Assembly: GCF_000315625.1 (NCBI RefSeq)
Contig: NW_005434507.1
Span: 1-53,532, forward strand
Direction: 5' to 3'
Source: Guillardia theta CCMP2712
Taxonomy: Eukaryota > Protista > Cryptophyta
Length of the DNA stretch: 53,532 nt
The notes under the pieces were generated by a model. It did not search any database. It had not been told where the DNA came from and was given only the letters and a program-made list of their open reading frames with translations. The position numbers and the translations under genes are program-made. This document shows positions 23,401 to 40,142 of the stretch, piece by piece (the first letter of the stretch is position 1; each line of letters begins with the position of its first letter).

Positions 23401-23896
23401 NNNNNNNNNNNNNNNNNNNNNNNNNNNNNNNNNNNNNNNNNNNNNNNNNNNNNNNNNNNNNNNNNNNNNNNNNNNNNNNNNNNNNNNNNNNNNNNNNNNN
23501 NNNNNNNNNNNNNNNGGGGGAGGGGAGGGGAGGGGAGGGGAGGGGAGGGGAGGGGAGGGGAGGGGAGGGGAGGGGAGGGGAGGGGAGGGAGGGGAGGAAG
23601 GAGGGAGGGAAAGCTCGAAACTTAGCTCAGAACTTACCGAAGCCTGCTATGAACAAGATCCCGATCTCCTGCTTGGAGAACTTATAGTGTTCATAGAGCG
23701 CGTACACGTAGGGCCCTTGCAGCCAGTCCGCCGTCACGGCACAGCAGTAGGCGACCATATACGCCGCCTGCTGCCTCTTGAACTCTCCTGACACGTTCCC
23801 GCCCGGCATGCCTGCCTGGCCCTGATCCTTGCGCTGACTCCATTGTATCAGCGCACAGAGGATGCAGAGGACTACAAGGACGACTGTGAACCCCAT
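20454..23896 (-). CDS. MFSD5: MFS transporter of the MFSD5/MOT2 (molybdate-anion transporter) family, multi-exon, some exons in the N gap
   Basis: Family motifs in order across exons: ADWLQGPYVYALYEHY...IGILFIAGFG (23896-23638); VAPFDLAI; SLFEGAMYIFVFMWTP; LPHGRVFGCFMACMMLG; EWCCGLYFPSIGIVKSKYVPEE; VRATIYNIFRIPLNVIVV. Inferred stop after ...YEPGEGKE at 20454. Confidence 0.9.
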
Positions 23897-24944
23897 GGTA
23901 GCTGGAGGGCAGGTGGGCAGGAGCTGGGTAGCTCGCAAGGTACTCCAGAGCTCTGCCCGTCCACGGAGTTAACAGGCGAAGGAACTCCCACACCAACGGT
24001 GTAGCAAAGGGGCTCGAACTGGGAAGGAAATGTCAGGAGGGAAGGGAGAGGGATGGTAGGCTTTCGAAAGGTTCCAGCATGATCAAACGCATCATGCCGA
24101 TCATAATCTCATCAACAACATCTCCTCAATCTCCATTATCGCGATCGTCTGCGTTGTCTCCCCTGACAGCTTTTCATCCCCATCATCCGAACTGTCATCA
24201 TCCACATCATCTTCACAGCCATGACGTTCCAGACGATCTTTTCTATCTTTGCATTTAACGACATGAGTCCATCACTACTTCCGTTGTCCTGTGCTTCTTG
24301 ACTATGGGGGGTGTAAATACTGAAGACACTATCTCGACCGTTCATCCTTTACATAGTCATCCGCCTCCTCATCCTTGTCTTTTCCTGCTCCTGCTCCTGC
24401 TGTCCATCCTCCAAACCTTGCTCCCCTCCCTGCTCCTCCTCCTGCTGCTGCTGCTGCTGCTCCCCTCCCTGCTCCTCCTCCTGCTGCTGCTGCTGCTGCT
24501 CCTCCTCCTCCTCCTGCTCCTCCTCCTGCTCCTCCTCCTGCTCCTCCTCCTCCATCTCCTCCTCCTGCTCCTCCTCCTCCTCCGCTGCTCCTCCCCTCCC
24601 TCCCATGCCACGCAGCCCTCGATATTTTTAAAAGTCAACAATGGGTGAGGATTTACTCTGGTACAAAAATTCAAAATAAAAACGATTTGGTACCAAATTA
24701 CTGTGTACCTGTTCCGATCATTGCGTATAAGTAAATAGATAATATGGAAGATAATAATCAAATTTGCAGGTATTGTGGTAGTATTTTGAACTTTCAAATA
24801 CTTTATAAACTCAAGTTATCTTTTACACTGGTACCGCGGCAGTTCTCCTGTACTGTACCTCACTGATTCCAAAAACAAAGAAAAGAAGAAAAAAAAGAAG
24901 AAAAAAGAAGAAAAAAGAAATCAAGCGGGTGAAGGGCGGCGAAA

Positions 24945-28644
<3,700 letters not shown>

Positions 28645-28830
28645 TGGAGAAGATGGGAGAGGGGAGGAGAGGAGGGAGGGAGGAGAGGAGGAGGAGAGAG
28701 GAAAAGGGGAGGCCGCAACAAGGGGGACGGNNNNNNNNNNNNNNNNNNNNNNNNNNNNNNNNNNNNNNNNNNNNNNNNNNNNNNNNNNNNNNNNNNNNNN
28801 NNNNNNNNNNNNNNNNNNNNNNNNNNNNNN

Positions 28831-28906
28831 ACCCTGTCATATCTATTCAGCTCCCTCCTCCTCCTCCACCACCACCACCACCACCACCTCCTCCTCCTCC
28901 TCCTCC

Positions 28907-28944
<38 letters not shown>

Positions 28945-30285
28945 TTCAACCATTCTCCCTGCCCCCCCTGCCCCAACTTCCTCCTTCGCTCACATCTCCC
29001 CCTCTTCCTCTCCCACTTCCGCTTTCTCCTTTCCACCCTCCTCCTCCTCCTCCTCTCTCCTCCCATTATCCTCTAGAAAGCTCACCCAGGAAGGCCTCGA
29101 AGACGGCCCAGCTCAGTACCTGGGGATGATGTAAGGGCACAGGACGGAGGGAGCACAGAGGGGACGAGGACGAGGACGAAGTAGAAGTTGGTTGAGGAGG
29201 AGGAGGAAGGGGGAGTGGGGGGGGGAGGTTGGGGGGTAGGGGTACAGGTTTGTCAAGCTTCTTGTCCAGCAGCATCTTGTTCTTGCGCAAGAACTGTAAT
29301 GAATGCGAATTCAGCAAGTGGAAAGCATTGCATAGCTCAGCATGTTTTGAAAAGCAGGAGTGGTGTTGAAGCGGAAAGGGGGAAAGCGGCAGGGGAGGAG
29401 GAGGATGTGAGGAGAAGGGAGAAGGGGAAGGGAGGAGAGGAGGAGAGAAGGGAAGCCGAAGAAACAGGACAGCGAAGGAAGAGAAGCTGACGAAAGAGCT
29501 TGTCTCACCTCGGTCTTGAAGCTTCCATCAGCATCCCAGGTGAATCGAACTTCCAATCCTTTCGACAGCTTCTGCTTGTATCCTCCCTGCTGTGAATTCA
29601 GTGCTGCTGGAGGGAGTCTTTTCCTGTCCTCCTCCTCCTCCTCATCATCATCATCATCATCATCATCATCAACAACAACAACAACAAAATTCCTTCCTCT
29701 CCTCCTCATCATCATCATCCTCAACAACATCAACATTCCTTCCTCTTCTGCTCCTCTTCGCTGCTCCTCCTCCTCTTTGCTTTTCTTCACTTCTCTCCTC
29801 CTCCTCACCTTCTCCTTCCTCATACTACAACTCAACAGCACCAACAGATTCAATTCGCTCTCAGCACAGCATCTATTCATAACAACAATTGTGAACATGT
29901 CAGCCAGGCTTTCCACTGACCTGTTTCACCATCCAGTTGCGCCACAGCTCAAGGAAAGCAAGGTCGACGAAGCTTTTTCTTGCCATCTTCTCCTCAATCC
30001 TGAGTGAAGTCAAGGTGAGTGAGAGACAAGTATGTAATATCTCGTTGATATGTGGAGACGGATGTTAAGAATGAGAATGAGAATGAGAATTGAGTTTGGG
30101 ATTGAAGGAAATTAGCCCAGTTGAAATGTGTTGTGTTGTTGATATTACGGGAGAAATCGTCATCATCGTGTCCACATCATCTCTCTCCCCAACTTTATCA
30201 CCAACTCCATCTCCAAAATCATGATCATGATCATTTATATCATGATCATTTACTCCAGCATCATCATCATCATCATCATCATCAT

Positions 30286-30328
<43 letters not shown>

Positions 30329-32038
30329 TCCATCATCATCATCATCATTCAACACGTCCTTCCACATCAGACTCAAGAGGACACATCAACCTGTCGTTGA
30401 TCAACTCGGTGAAGCGATGAGAGTCGTTCTCAGTGGCAAGCACTATCCTCTATCACCAGAGACATCAGCGTCTTCCACTCTTCAACTTTCATCCTCACAA
30501 TCACTCTCTTCATCTTCACTTCCTCGTCCATGAGAACCTTCGCACACAAGGCTCAACGAAACGTTCGTGACAACTCAAACCCAACAAACCTCGTAGGCTG
30601 CTTGCTTCTCGTTCCGCTTTCCCTTCCCTCCTCCCTTTGCCTTCACTGCCGCTGCCATGGAATCAGCTTCTCCCATTCAACACAGCAGCCGTTGCGAGCT
30701 CTCACCCTTTGCAGCAGTTGCGTCCACATACAACCCGACCGCGTACTCGTTTATCTTCTTCCATGGCTGCAAAATTCCTTCAGCGGAAAACTCCACCTCC
30801 TCCTCCTCGTCCTCGTCCTCGTCCGCCTCCTCCTCCGCGTCCTCGCCCTCGCCCTCCTCCCCATGCTGTACACTACTATCCTCTTCTCCGTCTCGACCCT
30901 CCTCCTCCTCTCACACCTTCCACCACGGCCGTCTTGACACGCAACCAGCTTGAGAAACATCATCGTCACTGCAGTACTGGAACAAGACTCAGCGGCATAC
31001 CTGAGATCAGCCTCATGTTTGTTTCTTTGTCATTCTTGCCGCTGTCAAGTATGACAGGGAACTTGATCCCTGTCTCCTTCTCCACAGCATTCCTGCAAAC
31101 TTGGGCTCAACTTCAACATTCACATCTGAATCATCTTCTTTCACCGCTCTGAACTCTTCTTCTTGGCATCGGCAACGAACATCACATTTGTTTCTTCACT
31201 CTGTGAAAAAAACAGCGCAAAGAAACCTCAATCAGACAACATAACAGCAACCAGAACAAATTTGCATCATGTACAACCACATAGCATGTCTGTCTCCAAA
31301 CTAGAGATTTACAACCAAAAACAGAAACAATTGCACATCTGCACAACAGCAGAGCAAAACAAAACATCTCTGCTCAGAGAATACCACTCACCGGACTGTG
31401 ACCTCCCCCTCCGTTCCAACTCCCAAACCATCCCCTTCCTCCTGCTCGACGCTCTCATCTCCGAGCCTCTACACGCCTTCATCCACTCACCTCCCATTCC
31501 ACCTCCTCCCCCAGGGCCCCAGACGTCCACAGCTACGGAGGTCCTGAAATCGGGTCAGGTGCAGCATAGCGAGCAATAGCCAGAGTGACCGGAGGATGGG
31601 GAGGAGGAAAGGGAGGAGGTCAGTGAAGAGGAGGGGAAAGGGACGTTTAAGAGGAGGGGGGGTTCTGAAGGTAGGAGGAGCAAGGTGCTGCGGTGAAGCA
31701 ACGGGCATGGCGGGAACTTTGGGCATGCGAAAGGCTCACTTGCTCTGGGATGGTTTGGATATCATTGCAGCGCTCAAGCCTTGAAAGGAGAGGTTAGCAA
31801 CAGGCGATGCCAGTGGATGCTTGCCCTTCAGCCATCATGCCAAGAACAAGAGTTTTCTCCCTCACCTCGTAGACCCATCATGGGGGAGGGCGTGAAAGCG
31901 GCACATCCTACATGTTCTGAGTCAGATCACTGGGTCCTCGAGCTGTACAGGGAGAAAGAGGAGAGCACCTGAACAGTGAAGGATGGCAATGAGCGCGGCG
32001 GAGAGGATCGGCGTTGAGCCCATGTTGGTTTTCAACAT
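28831..32038 (-). CDS. Chalcone-isomerase-fold (FAP-like fatty-acid-binding) protein with a bipartite plastid-targeting presequence; about 15 or more short exons, 3' end runs into the N gap
   Basis: Spliced by eye: MLKTNMGSTPILSAALIAILHCS|EHVGCAAFTPSPMMGLR|...|NAVEKETGIKFPVILD...RLIS|AGCVSRRPWWK|PWKKINEYAVGLYVD...|KRVI|RIVLAT...|KLSKGLEVRFTWDADGSFKTE|...|VLSWAVFEAFLG. The motifs ExxTGIxFP, YAVGLYVD, KGxExxFTW and WAxFExFLG are typical of the CHI fold. Confidence 0.8.
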
Positions 32039-32939
32039 GGATGAGCTGATCTCCTACCAAAGTTCCGTCAGTTCATGATTGCCTTCATGTTCCATGTGAG
32101 ATAAGACCATGCACGATCTCTACATTATCTTCTGTACGATAAGATAAGAACCTATCTGATCGATATGGAATCTTTGTAAGGTGCAAGCCTGCATGGATTC
32201 CTTCTTCAGCAACGTAAATGCTCTCTCTCTATTCTTTTCTTCCTGTACTTCAAGCATCATGTGTATGCGATCCTTCTGCTTGTTGTCATCCTGCACCTCG
32301 TTTTCATCCTAATCTTCCTCCATCTTCTTCTGCTTCTCCCCGTCCACCTCGCCTTCCCCTCTCCCCTCCTCCTCGTCCGTTCTAGCCCATGGCGCGGCCG
32401 CATGCAGATCCTAAAAACAATCTGGCCAGGGGGCGATATTGTTGGAAACTCTCAAATATTCTCAACTACATTTCAAAACTTTCTACGAAAATTAATATCT
32501 ACTTTCATATTTTGTAACTATCAGCCCAATTGTGGATAAATCTGAATGGCCCCTATGAATCTGACCCAACACCCCTACCCCTCCTGTTTCAAAATATGAC
32601 TCTACCCTACCCGTACTGATTACATGAATTGTCAGGTCCAAATACCGGTATCTGAACACCCCCACACCTGACCTACCTACTACCTACAAGTCTAGTCACA
32701 ACTCAGCCTTCAGTAGAACTTGTCCGGGCCCGGCCGCGAGTCAACGGTCCCGAGTCCGACGGTCCGCGCCGTCGCGCGCCGGCCACGCACCGTGGCCCAC
32801 CGGTGCCGCTGTGTGCGGGCCGGGGCCGGGCAGCAGCCGGGAATCCCGGGGGGGTGAGGCGGTGGACTCAGTAAACTTCGGCGAAGTCTGGCCGGGCACG
32901 GTGCCCGGAGGCTGAGTCAACTTGCAGGCCCGGGCTTTC

Positions 32940-33155
32940 TTTACTCAAAATTAAGTTAAAAATCAGAACGAGGACAATCAGGAGAGGCGAGGAGGCTTGA
33001 CCCTGACACTGTCGCACAGGCCAAACGGCGAGAAGAGAAAAGACAGCGAGAACCAAACCCAATCCTGCCGACTGCTGTCCCCCAAACTTAACGGATACCT
33101 TCACTTAACTGCGCGCAGGACAAGTCCCCCGCGCGGCAATGCCAGCGATGTCGCG
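32940..33155 (-). mobile_element. Second long copy of the dispersed fixed-end repeat
   Basis: Colinear with 4872-5055 and stops at the same ...TTTGAGTAAA terminus. Confidence 0.65.
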
Positions 33156-33476
33156 GCCTCAGAGACAGTCACTGTCTCTGAGGCGGTGCCGGGTGATACT
33201 AACATCATCAGCCTCCGTCTCATGAAATGCCCGGGGCCGCAGCGGGCCATCACTGACTCCTTTTGAACCGTTCCGACAATACTATGATAGTGAAGCGATG
33301 ATGGCCCTCCTCAAGGCGTGCAGAGCAAGACTGAGGAGATGACTGTCTCACACAGCATCATCGCCGCCGGCGTTGTTGAAAGTTGAAGCCGCTCACTTGA
33401 CAAGAAAGCAAGCGGGGCCCGTCCCAGCTCGGTTATGATGGTAAAGAAGCTGCTGCCCGACATCAGATCACCCAGG

Positions 33477-34848
33477 CTTGCTGTGTGTGCGTGCGAACAT
33501 ACAAACTCTCCAAGCTCCTCTGCTTCTCTTTATTTACAGGCTATCGCTACAATCAGCTGAGGTACAGCAGCTATGTCTCATTCCGAGCACAACAAGATTT
33601 CAACAGCCTTGGGCTTGCAGTGGCTCTAGTGTACACGCTTGCTCGTGGCCTGCTGCTACTTGATGCCGACTCTTGCCACCTTGAAGGTCTGCCCGAAGTA
33701 TGGCCGCAGCATCTTCATCTTGTCGAAGCCGCAGAGCTTTGCCGACGATCGCTGACGCCTTGGCTGTCTCGGCATCTGGCTCGGAGCCTCCTCGTCGAGC
33801 TCATCCTCCTCCTCAAGAAACCAGCATGCAACGTCCCCGACGAGGCGGGCAAACGCCGCTATCACGGCCATGGCCACTAGCAGCCGCCGGCATGATCGCT
33901 CGCGGGCTTGGAGAGCAAGGTCCCTGGGGGCAGGCTGAAGGTCTGAGAGAGGAAGGTGCCAGTCGTGGGAGGACGTGTTCATGGTAGCAGATACTCGCTT
34001 TCCTTGTCGCGGCAGGGAGCAGGGCAGGTTATATGCTGACAGCAGGCAAAGATGACGGTCGCGTGAGATACACTTGTCACGCTCCCAGCTGACAGTGAAG
34101 CATGTGGTAAGTATGACAGTGAAGCAGGTGGCAAGTATTTACCTCATGACCACAATACAAATGTTACATGTCACGTGATCTTTTCGGTGGGGCTCGCCGC
34201 AGCTGCCCGCTCAACTGGAGTATGTTCAATAAATGCTGACAGGCAGTCACGAGGTAATGCACACTAGGAGCGTGACAAGTGTATCTCACGCGACCGTCAT
34301 CTTTGCCTGCTGTCAGCATATAACCTGCCCTGCTCCCTGCCGCGACAAGGAAAGCGAGTATCTGCTACCATGAACACGTCCTCCCACGACTGGCAACGTC
34401 CTCTCTCAGACCCTCAGCCTGCCCCCAGGGACCTTGCTCTCCAAGCCCGCGAGCGATCATGGCGGCGGCTGCTAGTGGCCATGGCCGTGATAGCGGCGTT
34501 TGCCCGCCTCGTCGGGGACGTTGCATGCTGGTTTCTTGAGGAGGAGGATGAGCTCGACGAGGAGGCTCCGAGCCAGATGCCGAGACAGCCAAGGCGTCAG
34601 CGATCGTCGGCAAAGCTCTGCGGCTTCGACAAGATGAAGATGCTGCGGCCATACTTCGGGCAGACCTTCAAGGTGTCAAGAGTCGGCATCAAGTAGACAG
34701 CAGGCCACGAGCAAGCGTGTACACTAGAGCCACTGCAAGCCCAAGGCTGTTGAAATCTTGTTGTGCTCGGAATGAGACATAGCTGCTGTACCTCAGCTGA
34801 TTGTAGCGATAGCCCTAGAGCCTGTAAATAAAGAGAAGACACAGCAAG
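33477..34848. repeat. Large inverted repeat: arms 33477-34085 and 34267-34848, spacer 181 bp
   Basis: The arms are near-identical reverse complements; the mirrored 108-aa ORFs 33656-33982(-) and 34370-34696(+) differ at only a few residues. Confidence 0.95.
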
Positions 34849-37511
34849 TGTAGCACCAGTCGGCTCACTGATGTTTGTCTGTCACTGTGACCCAACCCAA
34901 GTCAAGGGTGCGCATGGGAGGTACCTGGTACAGGAAGCGAAAGGGAGCATGTCTCATCGTAGAGCTCCGCGGGGCCGAGGGATATCAGAGCTCTGGCAGT
35001 TTGCTCAAAACTTCTAAAACTAAAAGCTCAAAACTTCTAGAACTTCATCTTCAGCCCAACCTTGGCGGAGCGCAGATATCCATAGGACGGCCTCTGATCA
35101 AGAGGCTTCGATCGAACTACTCATCATCGATCAAAGTTCTTATCATTCACCGAAGTTCTCATCATCAATCGCCGAACATTCTTCGTCTCAATCACATCAA
35201 TTTCAACTCTCCAAAAAGTCTCCCATCCCCACATCAATTACTTCTGAGCATGAATCCCCGCCAACTTGTCTGACTCGTTGGAAGACTTCACGAAAATCGG
35301 CTCTGCCCTTTATCATGGCGTTGTGTTTTTTCATGATTTCATGATGGAAGAGCAAGAGAGCAAAGACAGCATGCTTTGCAGGAAATTGTAAAGCATCATA
35401 ACGTCCTCAAGAAAAGAATAAAATCTACTCTTTTCACATGCGTGTCTGCAGGCACGACAAGCAGAGCAAGAAGGATCGGGACAAAAGGAGGACGGCAAAA
35501 TTCCTTTCCCCACTTCTCCTGTTCCCGACTCTGAAAGACCGAAGGCTACCGGTCCGATAACCAGGCATCAGATGCTAACAGTAGGGGAATGTTACTAGAG
35601 TCCTTTCTCCCCCTCAGTTTAAGGTTGAGTCGCTCAGCCTGTGACAATCGAGCTGCCAGCCGCGTCACCCTAACAACTTCCTCGACACCCTCCGGTGGTA
35701 AATATGCTGATTCAAGCGGCGAAGCTCTTCAAGAGCCTGTGATCAAAGCTTCCGAAAGCCTGAGCTCGCAAGCCGCTGAGCTATCATCGGTCTTGTTGAG
35801 TAGTCATTCGGGCTCTTCTGGGGTGGGTGTAGCAGACATGTGACCGCATCTGGCCCAGGATCTCTCTCGTCAGGTCAAGGCCTCCCTGTCCTTGGCTGCC
35901 ATCATTGCAACTGCGTTCCGATATGCGTCTCACTCCTTCGGCGGCGGCCACAGCATCGTCGCAGGCATGACGCGGGGATCTTGTCCTGCGCGCACTTAGT
36001 GATCAATAAGTTTGCCGACCCTCATCGCTGCCCAGACTCCTCAACTCTCTACTTCTCAGCCTTCTGCTCCAACCGCAATCACATGCAACCAGGTCGTGGA
36101 TGCTTGACCTCGACGAGAGTACTCAGTGTTTCCATCATGTCATTAGTATGGAGAGGATTCGAAAACCGACCTAGACCCTAAAATCCACATGCTGGCTTAT
36201 TGTTCTACATCTTGATTTGCAAAGCAGCTTAATCATGGTCCCGGTAGATGGTAATGCCTCCCCACTTTTGAAGTAAGCAATGAAGGTCCAATGGAGGACT
36301 GTCGGGGTTGGGTTCCAGGTCAGATATACTCTCCTGTAGCGATTGCTGCGGCCACTGTAACATCTTCGCAAGAAGACGGAGATACGCAACGTCAAAGCGC
36401 TTGCACTGGGCAGCTGGTAGTCAGTCGCTGCCGAGCCTGCTCTGTGACTCCAGCTCGGGGAACTACTCGAGCGTGAGTATGAATCCGAAAATGATGACTG
36501 CTCCCCCAGTAGCTGAGCTCGCATGCAACCACCGGTCCTAAGCCTAGCTATTCCATCCGATTGGAGGGTGGGGTGTCGCGGACTGCCCTTTCGAGTGGGA
36601 CGTGACTCACACTTGTCAGTTTGAAAAACCGTTGAGCTTGACTCCGCAGATGACAGTAAAAGGAGTGATTTCGGATTCAAAATGTCATATTCGAATCACG
36701 TACCTTTTCCCAAGTTCCGAAGAAAAAAATCATGAAATGGGGGGTACCGAATAGCCTCCGAGGTTTCCTTCCGCAGTTCGGCCACCCGGTGACCGGTCCG
36801 ATAATCCAACTTGATAACAAGTAGCCCCGGCCACCGGTCCTATAACAAGTAGCCCACCGGTCTGACAACTAGTAGCCCACCGGTCCTTGGACGGTACTCT
36901 CGAGTCGAGTCCCGGACTCGACAAGGGCCAGGAAGCCTGAGGAGACGGTTGAGCCCTTCCACGTGGTCAGGGCTCTTGCCGGCCCTTCCGCCGGTCAGTC
37001 CTGCCAGTAGTCACGGTCCGAGCCTACGTACCCTACTTGACTAAGTCCACTGTAAAATCAAACAATAACAGTAGTAATAATGGTACAGATTACTACACAA
37101 CCCTGCCGATCATTCCCCCAAAAACTTGGGGAATGTCGCCGCCAACTCAGCGAGATGCCACTAGCCGCGGCCGGGCCTACAACCCCTCGCCTTCCACCCC
37201 ACCCGCCCCCCCCAGGTCGTAGTCAATACTACCAGTCAATGTCTTTGGACCCTACCCCCGCCTCCGCTCAAAAGTTGGCAGGACCTGATCCTCCATGTGG
37301 TCAGGGCTCTTGCGCGGGGGTGGGGTGTCGCGGCCGGTCGAGGGGTGGCGGGGGGTTGACAGCGAGTCGACCTCGTAAAGAAAGAAATCAGGCACTGCGG
37401 CACTTGGAAAAAAAATATGCTATTTGTAAAACAAGACAGGTTCACTACCGTCCCTCTCCGCTGACCAGCTGCCAGCCCCTGCTTCCTCTCCCTCCCTCCG
37501 CAGCTCCTGCT

Positions 37512-38135
37512 ATGTCCCCGTCTCTACCCCTCCTCCTCCCTCCCTTCCTCCTTGACGACCTCTCCTTCCACCCCTCCTTCCTCCTCCCCATCGACCCCGT
37601 CGACGTCCCAGACCCCTCCGCTACTACCTGTGATGACCGCTGCCTGTCGCCTTGCAGTGTGCTGCCCCTGCCCCTCCTCTTCCCTGACCCTCCCTGCCCC
37701 GTCGCCTCTGCCCTTGACCTCTCCTCGTCCGACGACCCCTCCCTCGACGCCCTGCCGGATCCCGGACCTCCCGGCAGCTGGGGCTCGGAGACCAGCCGCT
37801 GGGACGCGGCGGCGCGGAGCAAGCACAGCTCGGCGTGTAGGGGCAGGAGCCGGCTGACCGCGCAGGAGAAGCTCGACATCGTCTGCCTCTACTACTCCGC
37901 CCCGGCCACGACCAATAATCGACGGACGATCCAGCAGCAGGACCTGTCGAGGATGTACTGCAAGAGCCGGGCGGCGATCAGCAAGGTGCTGAGGCCGGAG
38001 TACGCGAGGGGGGTCATGGCAACGGCTCAAGGGCTCATGGTCAAGAACCACAACGAGATCCTCGACAACATCGCACAGGAAGAGCGTCGCAAGCACAAGG
38101 CCTTGCGCCGAGGGCCAAGCGAGGTGACTGGCTGA
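37512..38135 (+). CDS. HTH family, array gene A1 (207 aa)
   Basis: Intact frame; ...NNRRTIQQQDLSRMYCKSRAAISKVLR...KHKALRRGPSEVTG. Confidence 0.8.
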   Translation: MSPSLPLLLPPFLLDDLSFHPSFLLPIDPVDVPDPSATTCDDRCLSPCSVLPLPLLFPDPPCPVASALDLSSSDDPSLDALPDPGPPGSWGSETSRWDAAARSKHSSACRGRSRLTAQEKLDIVCLYYSAPATTNNRRTIQQQDLSRMYCKSRAAISKVLRPEYARGVMATAQGLMVKNHNEILDNIAQEERRKHKALRRGPSEVTG

Positions 38136-39494
38136 GAGGTGCGAGGAGGTATTGCGATGCTGCTCAGGATCCGGACGTAGCGGATTCTGAGCCTGCACTG
38201 GCTGGGCAGTTGCCCGACCTCCGAGACAGCAGCGTGTCTGACGGGCTAGACCTGATGCACCTTGCTGGCAACTTCTTGTTATCATGCCGACAAGTGACTT
38301 GGAGGACGACTTGCCCGCCGATTGGTGGTGGGTCAGAGTGAAGAACTTGGAAGCACTGGCAAAATGGTATGCTTGAGGCGGCCGATTGACGCTAGCCTCC
38401 AAATGTCTAGATCCTAGTTCATTTGACATCAATCTGAGATTTACATACGTTTAGATCCAAAATATCACAAACAAACATGGCTCCATGACTCTTTCATGGG
38501 CGAAGTGGGTGGATGAGGCTCTTGCTGGTGTTCAACTTGGAATCAGTCAAGATCCCTGAATTGAACGACATTGAATCACAATCATGACATGAAAGGAATT
38601 TGCGGCAGGCAGCATTATGCAGATCTTACTGTTATTGGTAAGATGATGGTGAAGAGCCAGCACAACTATCCATGTCGACCCCCCTACATAACATCTCGAA
38701 CAACACGCATGTTGTTCAAAACCTGTGTTTTGACCTTCTCCCTTGAATGAGAAGTCTTGATGAGACCATGATGCCTATGCAACGGTTTCTGAGTATCAAG
38801 TTGAGTACATTGAAAGAGTTTGGAAAGACTGAAGTCTTGCAAGTTGTATACATCTTGCAATTTCGGTCACAGCGGGCCTGCTCTAGAGTCAGAATGGAAA
38901 TAAATAATAATAAACCATGAAAGGATAATTTTACTACTCTCCAGCAAGTATGTGACCAGCGACTCAAACAAGCAAGCGATCACCGGTCCTGATAAGACTG
39001 TGATCAGGGCTCGAGGGGGGGTGGGTGTCGCGGACTGGGGAAGCCCGTGACTCTCCGGAGCAGTACCAGGGGTACACGTCGAGTCGAGTCGGACTGGTGA
39101 CTCAAAAAAGAAAAGTTTAATACCGTACACTACCCCTCCTGTTCTCCACTAGTGAACTATCACAGCTCCGCAACTCTCCGCCTGACAAGATGGAATGAAG
39201 ACACCCCTGAAGGGGGGGTAGTGCGCGAGGTAGGCTGGTGCCGGGGGTACACAGCGAGTCGGACTCGTAATGAAAGTAAGCAGACGCTTATAACAAAAAG
39301 GTAGTCATCGGTCCTCCTTTAAAAATTAGAAGTTTACTACAGGTCGTAGTCATCCCGTGGGACCACTGCCGATTCCCAAGAGTGGGGGAATGTCGCTACC
39401 TCCTGCTGTCCCCTTGGCTTACAAGCTGCCAGCCCCTGCTCCCTCCCTCACCCGCTGAGCCCCTCCTCCTCTCCCTCCCTCCGCAGCTCCTGCT

Positions 39495-40142
39495 ATGTCC
39501 CCGTCTCTACCCCTCCTCCTCCCTCCCTTCCTCCTTGACGACCTCTCCTTCCACCCCTCCTTCCTCCTCCCCATCGACCCCGTCGACATCCCAGACCCCT
39601 CCGCTACTACCTGTGATGACCGCTGCCTGTCGCCTTGCAGTGTGCTGCCCCTGCCCCTCCTCTTCCCTGACCCTCCCTGCCCCGTCGCCTCTGCCCTCGA
39701 CCTCTCCTGGCCCGACGACCCCTCCCTCGACGCCCTGCCGGATCCCGGACCTCCCGGCAGCTGGGGCTCGGAGACCAGCCGTTGGGACGCGGCGGCGCGG
39801 AGCAAGCACAGCTCGGCGTGTAGGGGCAGGAGCCGGCTGACCGCGCAGGAGAAGCTCGACATCGTCTGCCTCTACTACTCCGCGCCGGCCACGACCAAGC
39901 ACCGACGGACGATACGACAGCAGGACCTGTCGAGGATGTACGGGAAGAGCGGGCCAGCGATCAGCAAGGTGCTGAGGCCGGAGTACGCGAGGGGGGTCAT
40001 GGCGACGGCTCAAGGGCTCATGGTCAAGAACCGCAACGAGATCCTTCACAACATCGCGGAGGAGCGTCTCAAGGAGGAGACCCAGCAGACAATCACAACA
40101 CTCAAGGTCATGCGCCGAGGGCCAGGGAGAGCGACTGGCTGA
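39495..40142 (+). CDS. HTH family, array gene B1 (215 aa)
   Basis: Intact frame; ...KHRRTIRQQDLSRMYGKSGPAISKVLR...TLKVMRRGPGRATG. Confidence 0.8.
   Translation: MSPSLPLLLPPFLLDDLSFHPSFLLPIDPVDIPDPSATTCDDRCLSPCSVLPLPLLFPDPPCPVASALDLSWPDDPSLDALPDPGPPGSWGSETSRWDAAARSKHSSACRGRSRLTAQEKLDIVCLYYSAPATTKHRRTIRQQDLSRMYGKSGPAISKVLRPEYARGVMATAQGLMVKNRNEILHNIAEERLKEETQQTITTLKVMRRGPGRATG

Noticed and set aside
37524-38432. 180-300-aa antisense and alternative-frame ORFs over each HTH gene
   Set aside because: Shadow ORFs of GC-rich coding sequence; ends vary between copies and no motif is recognisable
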